From Eledone cirrhosa (taxonomy: Eukaryota): a DNA stretch of 64,000 nucleotides. A model generated the notes under the pieces. The model was not told the origin of the DNA. It was given only the letters and a program-made list of their open reading frames with translations, and searched no databases. A program made the translations under genes and the position numbers. Position 1 is the first letter of the stretch; each line of letters opens with the position of its first letter. This document shows positions 30,017-44,094 of this stretch, piece by piece. The stretch is from assembly GCA_964016885.1 (NCBI GenBank), contig OZ024743.1, positions 300,514,001 to 300,578,000 on the forward strand, written 5' to 3'.

Positions 30017-33000
30017 GTCTGTGCCACAATTGGACAGGACGGACAGATTTCTTCAGACATCTAGAGACCTTTCTTGGAACGTCCCGCTCTTTAGTGTTAG
30101 TGAGCGACTGGAACGGTATCTTGAATGCACGCTGGGATTGTGTGGGGCTAGTCGATAGGGGAGGAGGATGCAAGATCCTCACCAACCTGCTCAGACGTTT
30201 TGAACTGTCTGACAGGAATCGACTGGATCCCCCGAATGTGCCAATGTGGACATGGACAAACCGCATCGTGTCATCCAGATCGTATCTCGTTAGGGTATTC
30301 TGCAGAGAACTAGATAAGGCTAGTATAAGTTGTCCACAATTTAAAATAGTCGACTACACAGACCACAAATTTGTGATCTGTGAGATCGACATAAACAGAC
30401 TTCATAGACAAGAGCCCGGTTACTGTAAGTTGAACGCGTCTTTCCCGGCGGGCAAAGCTTACAGAGACCGGGTTAGCGTATTAGTTAAGCGGGCGTTGAC
30501 GAGAGCGGTCATCAACAACAGGTGGTGGTTCCCCCTGAAAAGGGCAATTAAAGTAGAGTCGATTAGGTTTAGCAAAGGAGTAGTGACAGAGGAAAATAGA
30601 GTAGGGGGAGAGCTAATTAGAAAGCTAGAAGAGCCGTTTAGGACAGGCATCGCAACCAACGTGCTTGCGGTGAGATTGGCACTCGACCGATTCTTCAACG
30701 CAAAACACGAAGGCTGCGTTGTCAGAGCTAGAGCGCGTGCTCTGAAACGCGAGGGGACAAAATCCGTCCAATGGGGCCGGGTGGCAGAGACGCGACGTGG
30801 CAACAAAGCCACAATTCGGTCTTTTTCTGGCCAAAACGGGTGCGTGATGCTGAACTGTTCGGGAGCAGCGGCGGACCGGATCGCATACCTCCATGGACTG
30901 CCTCGGCTCTCGACGACCGCAGCACAGTGTTGCGAAAAGCCAATAACAGCCGGTGAAATACGGGAAGCGATGGCTAACTGCACAAGGGTAAATCGCCACG
31001 AGCTTTATGCATTTATGACAGACTTGTTAGGTGACCTCTTGGCAAACGTCTAGTGCAACTGGCAGCGGAACGGGAGCATTCCCAGTTTCGTGAGCCGGGG
31101 AGCGGTGGCGCTGCTGAGAAAAGACCCGACAAGGGGGATGTTATCGGTAATTTCAGGCCCATAACCCAAGATGTTGTCCAAGGTGTTAGCAACGAGGTTG
31201 GCGCTTGTCGTCAAGTGTCTGGTGGGAGAGGCGCAGATATGCGCCATTCCGGACAGATCCATACACGACAACCTCAACCTCATGCGATACATCATAGAGA
31301 GGGTGGTTAAGGAACCTGGCACGGGTGGGGCCCTGATCAACTTGGATCAATCCAAAGCAATCGATAGGGTCGACCATCGGTACCTGGCGGCGGTCCTCGA
31401 GGCAGCCGGTTTCGGGCCCGTTTACAGGGGTTGGATCGCAGCGATGTACAGCGACATCTGCTCAGATGTGAGGGTAAACGGTCACCTGTCGCAGCCGTTC
31501 AGCATCATGCGCTCAGTGCGCCAGGGTTATCCCCTCTCGTCCCTCTTGTACGTATTGGCTCTCGAGCCATTACTGCACAAACTGAGGGCGATGACGGGCG
31601 TCCCACGCGAACTAGGATGCGGGAAATCCGAGTGGGCCTACGCCGACGACGTCACCGTGATGGTGTTGAACACCAGATACGTCCAGCACCTCGACACCGC
31701 TCTCAAGGAATACGAAGCGGTGGCAGGAGCAAAGATAAACCGGGTAAAGTCAGTGGGCTTGCAGCTCGGCAGCTGGAGAGGCATGTCCATGCCGTCCGAC
31801 AGCGTGGTGGTGCGTTGGACGGATGGACCGGTTAAATGGCTCGGGGTCTGTTCGGACCGGGCCTCCAGATGGAGAAAAACTGGAACGAGGAGACGAGCAA
31901 GGTGGCCTCCCTCACCCAGAAATGGGCCGAGAGGAAGCTGTCCCTAAAAGGCCGGACGGATCTGCTACCGCCTCACCGTCGTCCCTTGATCCGGCCCAAC
32001 TCTCACCAAAATGGAGCGCTTCCTCTTCCGCTTTTTGTGGGAGGTACGCGCTCCCATGGTCAGACGATCCATCTGCTGTCAACTCCTGTTGCGTGGAGGT
32101 CTGATGATGCGCAAACATGCGCTGAGGCTGCAACATCTCTGGTGCTTCCTTGACGGTGAACAGGTGTGGTCGCCCTTCGCCAGATACGTTTTCCCACAGC
32201 TCGTCTCCTTGACGGAGCTGCAGTCCAGGGTCAGAAAAAACCGAGGTATAGCCCTTGGAGACTGGAATGTCTCCAGGCGCTCACTGCCCTCTGCCAGCCG
32301 AGCACCAGTATCGGTGGAACATCCACCTCGGCGTTCTATAGAGGACTAGTGGAGGGGAAGAGCGACGACATTCTCGGAGAGATCCTGGGCGTCGAAGAAG
32401 ATCAGCTGTTTGTTCTCTCTTCCGGAGAACTTTCAGCCCGGGTCCTATGGATAACTTCCAAAAATCCCTGGCAGTGCTACCGGAGAGCGCTACCGGTTCG
32501 AGATAAGCTATACAGGCACGGAAGTGCCGTCAGCCGAGCCTGTCCGAGATGCGCGCAGAGCGACGAAACCGTCGTGCACGCACTCGTTCAGTGCCCGAGC
32601 ATTGCTGACTTGTGGAGCTATGTCGAACAGTTGCTGTCGGGTGTAGGACTGATCCAGTTATCGACTGGGTCGATTGTGCAGTTGGTCTCGCCGTCTTCCT
32701 TCGAGGAGGAAGGGCAGGAGATTTTCATCGGCCTGGTGGCCATGGCGAAAGAGATCGTGTGGTGGACAAGGTTGAAAGGGTTAAAGTCAAACACTTTCCT
32801 CTTCAGCGAATCTCTAATTAACTTTTTCAAGTTTCACTTGAAGAGGAAAATCAGGGTGGAGAGGCAATTGCTGCTTTCTAGCAAATGTGTTGAAAGGTTG
32901 GTGAATGCAGTGAGAATGGTCCGATTGAACGGGACCACTCTGAATATACGTCTGTAGTTTGAGAAATGGAAAAATTGAGAGAGGGCGCTTGCCCTGGTGG

Positions 33001-33282
33001 ACAGCGTGGCCGTGGTCTTTTGTGTGGTTTTCGTCACGAGTAATCCTCGGAGGTTTCCCCCCTATTAGGGCATTTTTCATTGTTTCAATTTTCCTTTTTA
33101 TTGTTTATATATATATATATATATGTTTCTATGTCCTTTTTTATTTTCTTATATAAATAATAAAACTATTTACACGCACAAAACCCACATCGTACCGTAA
33201 TGTACCGTCCTGTGCCGCCTGTAATGTTTTTCTTGATTTCAGCCCTTGTGGCCAATAAAGAAATCATTATTATTATTATTAT
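30017..33282 (+). mobile_element. L1/Tx1-clade non-LTR retrotransposon, 5'-truncated, decayed ORF2
   Basis: APE motifs (DWNGIL, SRSYL, TDHK, PGYCKLN), RT (LDQSKAIDRVDH, RQGYPLS, YADD), CCHC (CPRC..ETVVHALVQC); ends AATAAAGAAAT(CATT)(ATT)n. Confidence 0.95.
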
Positions 33283-36200
33283 TGTTCTAAGCGGACGAAT
33301 TTTGCTCGGTCACAGTAAGTCGTTAAATATTTCTTGTTGTGTAAGGGATATAAGCCCTTAGACTTTGCCCCGTGAAGGGGAAAGTATAATATTTGGGCCT
33401 TTCGGCCCAAATATTTGAACTTTTTTTTACATATTAAAAAATTTACGAAGAAAAAAAACATGGCTGAGCCACGCCCCCCAGCGATATGTAGGCTGTCGTG
33501 CGTCAACGACGTAGAAGTTGAGAGGAGCGCTACAGCAAAATTAACACACATTGATAACACAAACACCACCACAAACAAGGTAACCAAAGACACCAATGAT
33601 ACCAATAAGAACTCTAATTTTGAAAGAAATGACAGTAAGAGCGACAACGAAAATACAGATAACAAAAAAAAAAAAACAAATACAACAACAATATCAACAC
33701 CACTAACATGAAAACAAATAGCGACAACCCCAACAGCAACAATACCAACTGCACCGAGAACAACGGTGGCAACAAAGTCAACAGTGATAACAGCGACAGT
33801 GCTAACAACAACACCAACAAGAACAACGACAACAAAACCCCCAACGAAAACAAGAAGAACACTTTCGCTGCAAAAAAGAGGCAATGCTTCAACATGGATC
33901 TCTCAAACAAAGATGAAAATTCGGCCCAGGCATGGAAGCTCATTAAGCAAGAGCAAACTTGGGCCAACTTAACTGTCCCGGTAGAAGCTATTGAGGCAGT
34001 GGAGCGCAACACTGTGCATTATAGATGCATCTCAGCACAAACAAAAAGGGCAGCTTTAATCCCAAAAGAAGATGTCGAAGTCGCGTTGAGATGCATAAGA
34101 GAAGACACCCAGTACATAGAGAGGGGCAGGCAGTACGGCACCATTTCGGTGTTGTTCAAGTCAGAAGCCTTCGCTATGAAACACGCTATGATTCCTTGCA
34201 AAACCAGCAAGGTCATAATGTACACCTCCCACATGGGAAAAAGAACGGCCCGTCCTGCATTCCCAGAATCCCACCAGATCTTGACATCTGATGGCTTCTG
34301 GGATGTGTGAATGTGGAGTGGACGGATACAGTCCCTATAGAAGTGACCAGACCGGCCGGAGAGGACTGGTCCGGGGTTGAACTGGAGATTCTTCTACAGA
34401 TCAGACCCGAGAATGTGAAGACAAACCCGGACCACATCATGACCGAAGGCAAAAAGGCCGCCGTGTTTTGTTTGTTGAGAAAAAACCCATTTGCGAGCCT
34501 TCTCCCCTCAACTGCCGAAAGAGGCAAGGGGTCGAAAGGCTCCACTGTTGCCGCCGCTGGGGCGAGGACCACAACCAACACCAGCACCGGCAAAACCACC
34601 AACAACAACACCAATAGAAAGACCACCACCAACATTGATCTCCCAGGGGGGAAACGAGGAAATCTGTCAAATTCCCCCTCCCCCCAAATATGCACACACC
34701 AATAAAACCATAAACATACATACAGACACACTTACAGACACAGACCCATCATCTACCAGTAGTGAAAATGAGGGAAATCAAAAATCCCCTAAAATACAAA
34801 AAAGGAACCACAATAAGAAAAAAAAAACTCAACAAAGCACAAAAGCACCCACAATAAAAAATGCAGACACCACCCACCCAAACATCTCTCCAATAACACC
34901 AACATCAACACCACCATCACCATCATCAGAATCCCCCAAACGCAAACAACCTAAACAGACTCAAGAACATCTGAAACCACAGACATCTGAAACCACAGAC
35001 ACCGCACTCACAACAAACACAGATACAACTGAAACAACACCACTAAAACCATCACCACCACATCCACAAAAACAAATAAAATCACACCAACAAAACATAC
35101 AAAACTTCGTGCTCGTCAGGAGGGCCCACAAGGAACTGATGGCCCTCGTAGCACGAAGTGAAAACATACAAAAAGGGGGAAATTTTTAAATCGAGCACAT
35201 TTCGCGTGCCGGAAGATTTGGTTCGGGTGCAAATGTCGATCGACATATTCAAAGAAATACGAGACAGCTTTCCTCGGGACGTGGGAACCCCGAACGTAAA
35301 ACCCACTTCAAGACTTTTAAAGGGGTTCCCAAAAGAAACCCCACTAACTATGGAGGTCGAACCCCCCGACCTTCACAAGAGCCGGAAGGTAAATAAACCT
35401 TACTCTCTCTCTGTTTAACCTGCCAACATGGCCGTATTAAGAGTAGGATGTTTAAATGTTCGAGGCCTAGATCGTCCTGGAAGCACGGTCACCTGCTCAA
35501 CGACCTCAGGTCTATAGAAATGGATGTAATTGCAGTCAGCGAGACCAGGATTTCGGACACGCGCGCACTAGCCCCCAGTTTCGACGACTATCAGACCTTT
35601 GCATCTGTTAGCCGACCGGGAATGGGAGGCGGGGTGGCAGTGCTGTTTAGGAAATGCCTGGTTCTCGAGGTAAGGTCGATCTTCCGTGACCCGGACGGGA
35701 AGTTGGTGGTCCTGGACATGAACAACAATGAAGGTGGTGCCTTTAGTCTGGTGGCCGTCTATGCTCCTACTGGGGCAGGACGGCCGGACTTCTTTAGACG
35801 CCTAAAAGCCTTTCTGGGTACGTCTCGCCCTTTACTGTTAGCGGGGGACTGGAACGGCATCTTAGACACACGCTAGGACTGTGTGGGAGAATCCGATAGG
35901 AGCGTTGGGTGCAAAGGCCTCAAGAACCTGATCAGCCAGTTCCAACTGTCTGACAGGTACCGACTAGATTTCCCTAATGCGCCAGTGTGGACCTGGGCTA
36001 ACCGCATAGGGTCATCTAGATCGTATATAGACAGGATATTCATTAGGAAAATAGACAGAAATAGTGTAAGCTGTCAACGTTTTGAAACAGTCGCCTATTC
36101 AGATCACAAGTTTGTGATCTGTATGGTCGACCTAGATAAGACGCGTAGGTTAGGACCTGGTTACTGGAAGCTAAACATGTCATTTCCGACACGTAAGGCT

Positions 36201-38735
36201 TACAGGGATCAGGTCAACAATTTAGTTAAGCAAAAGTTGACAGGGGGAATCGTCAACAATAGATGGTGGGGGGCTCTCAAAAGAGAGATTAGAGTAATGT
36301 CGATAGAGTTTAGCAAAGAAATAGCATTAGAGAAAAATAGAAAGGGGGGGGGGGTAGATAAGTTAGACGAGGCTATTAGTAGTGGCATTGCAACTGATGT
36401 GCTAGCGGCGAGAATGGCATTAGACCATTTCTTCAATGCGAAACACGAAGGTTGCATTGTCAGAGCTAAGGCGCGTACTCTGAGAAAGGAGGAAACCAAA
36501 GCTGTTCGATGAGCCCGCGTGGCAGAGGCGCAGCGTGGTAATAAAACCACGATTCGGTGTTTGAAGAACCGAGACGGGCACGAGCTGAGCGATTCCAAGA
36601 GGATGTGTGAGGCCTTTGGCCAACATTTGGCTCGGTTGTTCGGGGGAAGTGGCGGATCAGAGATGGTGGCGGACTTCAGTCCCTACCTCGATGACTTGCC
36701 GCCACTCTCGACGGCTGAGGCTGGGCGCTGCGAAAGGCCAGTTACTTTAGCCGAGATTCAGGATGCCCTTGTCGGCTGCATGAAGCGCAAGTCACCCGGT
36801 TTGGATGGTCTGCCCTACGAGCTTTACTTAAATATGCCAGACTTGTTCTCCAATTTCCTCGAAGCCTTCTACTGCAACTGGCAGCAAAACGGGAGTATTC
36901 CCAGTTCTGTGAGCCGGGGCGTAGTGACGCTGATAAGGAAAGACGAGAATAAGAGGGACACATTAGACAATTTCAGGCCCATAACTCTGCTCAACACAGA
37001 GTTTAAGATTTTGGCCAGGGTGTTAGTGATGAGGTTGGGGCTTGTCGTCGGGGATTTTGTTGGGGAGGCGCAAACTTGCGCAATCCCAACCAGGTCCATA
37101 CACGAAAACCTCCACCTAATGCGATACATCATAGAGAGGGTAGAGTGTAAACCTAGCTTCGGTGGGGCTCTGATCAATTTAGATCAATCGAAAGCATTCG
37201 ATAGGGTCGACCATCGGTACCTGGAGGCTGTCCTCAAGGCGGCTGGTTTCGGCCCCGTCTTCAGAACCTGGATTGCTGCAATGCACAGCGGCATCTGCTC
37301 GATGGTCAAAATTAATGGCCACCTCTCAGAACCGTTTCAGGTCTCCCGATCGGTCCGCCAAGGGTGCCCTCTCTCCTCTCTTCTTCACGTATTTACTCTC
37401 GAGCCTTTACAGCGGAAGCTGGAGCTGTTGCAGGGCATCCCGCTGGAACCGGGACGCGGAAAGGCTCTGTCGGCTTATGCGCACGACATCACCGTAATGG
37501 TGGCGGACACCTCAGAAATCGAGGTGATCGGCAACTTATTGGAGGAATATGAAAGTTTGACGGGAGCAAAACTTAACCCGGAAAAGTCAGTGGGCTTGAA
37601 ACTCGGCAACTGGAGAGGCAAGTCCATGCCGTCCAACAGCATCGTTAGGCGCTGCACGGACGGACTGGTAAATTTGCTAGGGGTTTGGTTCGGGCCAGAC
37701 CTTCAGGTGGATAAGAATTGGGACGAGGTGACGGGCAGGATAGTCAGTCTCACCCAGAAATGGGCTGGGTGAAGATATCACTGAAAGGTCGGGCGGAGGT
37801 GGCGAACGCGTACATCGCGCCGTCATCTACTACCGTCTGACTGTCGTCCCTTGCCCCCGTTCGCGCCTCGCCATCTTGGAGCGGCTCCTCTTCAAATTCT
37901 GGTGGAGGGGTGAGATTACGCTGGTGAGGCAGTCCATCTGCTGCAAGCACCCTCTACGTGGATGACTGGGCGTGCCGTGGCTAATGATGCGCAGGCAGGC
38001 GCTGAGGCTGCGGCATCTCCAGATATTCTGCCTAAACGGTGAACAGGTGTGGTAGCCGTTTGTCAGACGGGCCTTTCCGCAGCTCGTTTCTTTGACTGAG
38101 TCGCAGTCCTGGGTCACGAAGAGACCGAGACTGGGTGACTGGCATCTACCAGGCGGGCAATGCGGTCAGTGAAACTTCCACTCTCGAGTTCTATAGATGT
38201 TTAGTGGTGGGCAAGTGCGACGACGCACTAGGAGAGGCTCTGGGAGTCAACGAAGTCGAACTAACCAGTCTGTACCGGAGGACGTTCGAGCCGGGGACGA
38301 TAGATAATTACCCAAAATCCCTCGCTTGGCAGTGCTACCGGGGAGGCACTGCCGGTTCGAGATAAACTCTACATGCACGGAAGTGCTGTCAGATCGAGCT
38401 GCCTGAGATGCGCGCAGAGCGACTAAACCGTTCTGCACCCACTCGTCCAGTGTCCGTACATTACTGACTTGTGGAGTTATGTTGAACAGCTGTTGTCGCG
38501 TGTAGAACGGATCCGGCTATCGGCCGAGTCCATAGTGAAGATCGACCCGCCACCTTCTTTTGGCCAGGAAGGGCAGGCAATTTTCCTCTGTCTGGTGGCA
38601 GTAGCGAAAGAGGTTGTATGGTGGACGAAGTTGAAAGGACAGAAGACAGACACTTTTCTCTTCGGCCAATCCCTCATCAACTTTTTCAAGTTTCACTTGG
38701 AAAGGAAGGTGAGGGTGGAGAGAGAAGTGCTGCCA
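33283..38735 (+). mobile_element. L1/Tx1-clade element, near full length (5'UTR, ORF1, ORF2), 3' end lost, decayed
   Basis: ORF1 ~33460-35418, frameshifted, with a decayed CFVC*EKTHLRAFS gag-type knuckle at ~34465-34505. ORF2 from 35428 (MAVLRVGCLNVRGL..SETR..GDWNG..SDHK..KSPGLDG..NFRPITLLN..RQGCPLS) with stops. Confidence 0.95.
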
Positions 38736-38822
38736 GGACCATATTTGTGTTATAGACAGGATTACAGAATAAATTTCCTCGAGTAACATGTTTATCAAGC
38801 TAAAAACAAAATGTCATTGTTG

Positions 38823-38915
38823 AGGCGGCGAATTAGTAGATTCGGTAGAACATCTGATATAATGATTTGCGACATTCGTTTCGGCAGTCTGCCGTCCGAG
38901 GTTGATCTTTCTTTA
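38823..38915 (+). mobile_element. Degenerate SINE head
   Basis: GGCGGCGAATTAGTAGATTCGGTAG..GAGGTTGATCTTT resembles the SINE 5' region; further decayed minus-strand pieces at ~39340-39440 and 39515-39541. Confidence 0.45.
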
Positions 38916-39929
38916 AAATGTGTTACCAATTCCATTCTCTCACTCTCTATCCTTCTCTGGAAGAAATATGCAATGCATGCATGGTTTGCCTTGTTTCTGG
39001 ATTCAAGAACAACATTAACGACAAGGATGAGAGACAACAGTAACGAAACCACCACCACCACCACCAATAATAATGACGGTGACGTGAGTGAACAACCGCA
39101 CCACCATCAACAATAATGACGGCAATGAGCTGCACGAATAGCGCCAAAAACACCACCACCTCCAAAAACAAAGTTGACGACTTACTCAGTTACCTCAAAT
39201 ACGGTGATGTAACTGACAACATCGCAACAGACTAGGATGGGATAGGTTGTTAGGGTAGGTTGTGGTAGAGGTGAAAATAATTCGTTTTAATATTAGCGCG
39301 TCGCAAGTAATTTGAAGAGAATTTTGAAAAGTCGATTAAATAGACCCAAATGCGTTATGGGTACTTTATTTTATCAACCACCAAGTAGGAAATGCAAAGA
39401 TAACCTTGGCAGGATTAGAACCCAAAACGTAAAAAGCCATAAATATATGCCGCATATCATGTCGTACTTTCTATATATACTGCACAGTTATTTTGATGTT
39501 ACTAATGATAATAATGGTTTCTGATTTAGGTACAAGGCCAGAAAATGTACATGAAATTACTTGGGAAATACATGTAAAGTCACATAAATGCATACATGGA
39601 AACGCTTACATCTCACGCTTTACCTTTTCAGTACCACGGGCGGTATGATTCGTCCTAACATGTTTGAACACGTTCTGACAGTTCATAACTTCAAAGTTAT
39701 GAAATCGTTTCCAACAATTCATTACTTCAAAGCTTGATCGGGTTACAAGCGTACTCATGTGATGTTTGTCACTCATTAAGTAAGATATGTGTTGTTAATA
39801 AATATTTGTTTAAAAAAAATAATCATACTACTGAAGAAGAAAAAAATCGGCACAGGCAATGTAGCTGTGTAAAATATACCCGGCAGTCAACAGATTAAGT
39901 CAGCAATCCCATAATTCATATATATATAT

Positions 39930-40213
39930 ATCAACTATAAATAGATTGACATATATATATATAAAATAAACATATGAAACAATCACAGGGAATAATTTAT
40001 AAAGAATGTAAGCACACATAGCTAGGTCGGTAACTAATTAAAGTTTAACTAGAACTTCAATGATTTTAAAAGGTATCTATATTTGAAGTTCTAGCTAAAC
40101 TTTAATTAGTTACCTACCTAGCTATGTGTGCTTACATTCTTTACAAATTATTCCCTGTGATTGTTTCATATGTTTATTTTATATATATATATGTCAATCT
40201 ATTTATAGTTGAT
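39930..40213. repeat. Inverted repeat: 131-bp arms, 22-nt spacer
   Basis: 39930-40060 is the reverse complement of 40083-40213 with a few mismatches. Confidence 0.9.
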
Positions 40214-40310
40214 GTGTAATGCTCAGATCTATTCATTGGAATCTTTGAGCTTATTCTACAGTGAATATGGTGCATGTCTCTCAGACATGATGACCCTTAA
40301 TTTTTATTTT

Positions 40311-40390
<80 letters not shown>

Positions 40391-40397
40391 ATGTATG

Positions 40398-40444
<47 letters not shown>

Positions 40445-40486
40445 TACTGTATATATACACATACTACATACATATATATATATATA

Positions 40487-41920
40487 GTGGTAGAACACTG
40501 GAAGGTAATATCCGTGGGGGTCGAGCACTCTGTCCATGGAACGAGTTAGGTAGAAGTGGTTTCACAACAGTTAGTTCACCATACCGAGAACAATTGTTTC
40601 ACCTTAGCGAACCCTCAGCTCGTAATGGACATGGTTATACGCAACAGGAAGGAAAAAAAACCGTACGAACGCGCATGCGGTGAAACGATCATCATCACAC
40701 AGGCAATACTAGCTTCTACCTTCAATTAGATAGGACTTAGGATAACAGTAGCTACCAACCTCTCGGCTTAGATTTCTTAGACATTAATTTAGACCTTCGC
40801 ACACACACCTACATATCCTTCCATAAGCTAAACGAAAACTTCAATTACATTCACAAGGACTTTGCTACCCTCCCACAGTTTTTAGAAAGTTCGTAAATAA
40901 TATCAGTACTAGAATCTAAAAGCTCCCCTCTAATTAGGCTATCTTTGACAGAGCGGCACCCTACTATAACGCAGCGTTAGCTAACAGCGGCTTCTCGCAA
41001 CCTATCACTTACTCTCCCACTAACAAGAACAGCAATAAGAATAGAAAGCGTTGCAATAGACAAACTATTTTGTTCTCTCCTCCCTTCTCACTCAACGTTA
41101 AAACTCAAAGGCAAAAAAAATGTCTAGCCCTCTTAGATAGACACTTTCCCATATGTCATAAATACCGCTCCATCTTTAACCGACACAAACTAGGATAATC
41201 CTGCGCTAAGAACATGAAGGCCCACATCACCAACAGCCCTAAGAGCAACACTCCACCAGGGTGCTCTTGCCATCAGCCAAAAACTTGTCCACTTCAATAG
41301 CAATGCAACACACTCGCTGTAATCACTTCCAACCGACCAAATCAACAACAGGAGGTCAAATCATATGTGGGTATGGCGGAGGGCCGATTTAAGAAACGCT
41401 TCCTGAACCACCAGTCGACCTTTAGGTACCCGGACAGAGGTTCATCCATGAAACTTGCGAGCCACGTATGGTCCCTCATGGACTCAAGTATAGACTACTC
41501 CATTCAATGGAAAACCATCACTAAGTCCAAGCCATACGCAAGGGGCAATCCGTCGTGTGGACTATGTATTGATGTACGAATAAATATTCTAAAGAGATTA
41601 TGCAATAGTGATTGCCTAAACACGAGAAATGAATTCTTCACACGTCTGAAAACACCTCTTACATAACTACAAAGTTCCGGATTGAATTACAACAACATCC
41701 TAATTTTGTTATCAACTAGAAACCTTCGGACTTTCGCAGTTATCTCCCTTACACCTCTGGCACGCAATTTAGTAGTGCCTGCGAGAAGTGATCGTGTCTG
41801 CGCATGCTTGTTCGTACGGTTGTCCTTCCTGTTCCGTATAACCATGTCCATTACGAGGTGATGATCCGATAAGGTGAAACAATTGTTGTCGTTATGGTGA
41901 ACTAACAGTTTTGTAACCAC

Positions 41921-41922
<2 letters not shown>
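40487..41922 (+). mobile_element. Truncated Naiad-like PLE with inverted 5' pLTR (40487-40712)
   Basis: FLDINLDL..YVGMAEGRFKKRFLNHQSTF..LASHVWSL..CGLC..LNTRNE. 40487-40712 is the reverse complement of the pLTR family at 41770-41920 and 11555-11765. HHR relics CGAG-CTGAGGG..GAAAC-AATT-GTT|CTCG. Confidence 0.85.
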
Positions 41923-41986
<64 letters not shown>

Positions 41987-41994
<8 letters not shown>

Positions 41995-43420
41995 ACTTGG
42001 GGAGGGTAATATTGTTGTAATAACATTGCCAGAAATAATAACAGAACACACTCGCTGTTTGGTTGGTTTTCGCTTCTGTATCTTTTATATCATCACAGTT
42101 AATTCATTCGGTCGTCAATGTTTACCATTACTGACCAACGGTCAAAAATACAGATGTAATATAGACACACACACATACACATAGTCTAACAAAGTTCTTT
42201 TGTTGCACATCTGCAACATCATCAGTGGTACTTTATGTTCCTCCTGTTGTATTGTATGCCATCTTTACGCCATGTATATTTACGCCATCTTATATTTACG
42301 CCATTTTATATGCTTATTTATTTATTTATTTTTGTATTTTTCTCTGCGCATGCGTTTGCGTGTGTGTTCGTGTTCGGGTGACTGTGTTTTGGTTATTGTA
42401 TTCTATCTTAGTTTACTAGTGTGTGTTTATATGTGCCTGTTTTATTGTGCTTGTGTATATATATATTTATTTATTTATATTTCTCTTAAGTCAGTATTGT
42501 TTGTTTGGGTGTTGTTATTCCATTCATTTTTCTCTGTTTAGGTTTGGCCTTTTAAACTCTATTTCGCCTGCCACTCTGATTTGCCTATCTGCTGGGTCAT
42601 TTCTATGTTTAGATGTTATTTTAATTTCTATGCTGTCTATGTTACCGTCATGTTGTTGTCAGGCGTGTTCCTATAGTACTGAACCGTTTTTTGTCCTTTT
42701 AGTTCCCCCCATTGAGGGTTTATCCTTTCTCCTAGCTGTCTCATCTATGTATGTTATGTCATGTTTCTGCAAGTACCCTCTGCATATCTTATGCTATAGA
42801 CCGCGTTTCTAGTTTTACAGTTTATCCGGGTGTTTACTTTACATATAACACATTTTCTATTAGTACAGTGGGTTTTCTTAGAAGGGTATGTTTTGCTGAT
42901 CAGGGATTTTATGCTAGTTCCTGGCTTTTCTACCACTTTAATCTTTAAGTGGGTCTTTCTCAGGGCCTTTCTACACTGGTTAGCTAATTTCCCCCCAGGG
43001 GTCACGTCCACGAACATTACACTCAGGTATCTCTGGTTTTCGTGCCATGCGGTGGCTTTCCCTATCTTATGTTTAGTCCTATCTAAGCTATTCCATGATT
43101 TGCTCCTGTATAATGGGCAAATTCATTTCATGTCCAGTTCTATGAGGATCTTATACTTCTCCGTGGGTCCTTCGTATACTTTGATTCTGTCTCTTTGGTT
43201 GTAGCCAGAGAACTGTATGCGGTTGATGAAGTGTTGGATGTGTCTTTCCATTTCTGTTGGGTTGCACATGCGGGACACGTTCTTCATCACTCGTAGCAAG
43301 TTTGCGTTGAGAATATTAAACTTAGCACTACTGGACATTGCAATGTCTGTGAGTCGGTTCTGTTATTATTTCTGGCAATATTATTACAACAATATGGCCA
43401 TCTCCAAGTATAACAATATT
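41987..43420 (-). mobile_element. Truncated PLE (family of the 20.9-23.8 kb element) with a short inverted pLTR at 43355-43420
   Basis: Minus ORFs NILNANLLRVMKNVSRMC..FSGYNQRDR and CTNRKCVIC..NCKTRNAVYSIR match 22.4-23.2 kb. 43355-43418 is the reverse complement of 41988-42050. Confidence 0.85.
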
Positions 43421-44094
43421 TGTTTCGACACACGATTTCATATCAAAAACCTCGCAAAACAAATATATATTCATATATTGTATATTAAAAGATTGTATTG
43501 TATATATAAACATACTTACTCACCCCCTCGTTCGTTATTTACATTTAATATATAAAATATCGAAATATAAAAAGGAAATTGCTCTTAGTGAAATGAAATT
43601 CATATTGGTATCACTGAAATGGAATATTTGCATCAGCGTAAATTTAAAGTAATTTTGTCAGACTTCCCTATTTACAGTTTCAATTTAATATTTCTAGAAC
43701 TCATGCTTTCGTATAACTTATATTAACGCATTAATGTCGGCTGAATTATTCCTAATGTTTCACAAATAATTATGGTCGTATGTATAATATTACAATTTTA
43801 CGAAAATTCCATCTCTTTGATGCTTGCAATTATGATTATTTATTAAGATGTAAGACTTTGTTCAAAATGTAAAGATTAAAATTTAGAGGAATAGGAAATT
43901 ATTAATATATGCAAACTTTAAACCCTTAGAAACTTATTGCAGGATAGGAAAATGCTTTCAACAAATCGTTTGTAATAGTTACATAGCAAATTGTAGAACA
44001 CGTCGATGAACTACGGTTTAGGGTATGCTTATGTGGTAGCCGTTTATGGCAATATTTATTTTGAAATGCTTAGTCCACCTCATTGGACTAACAT

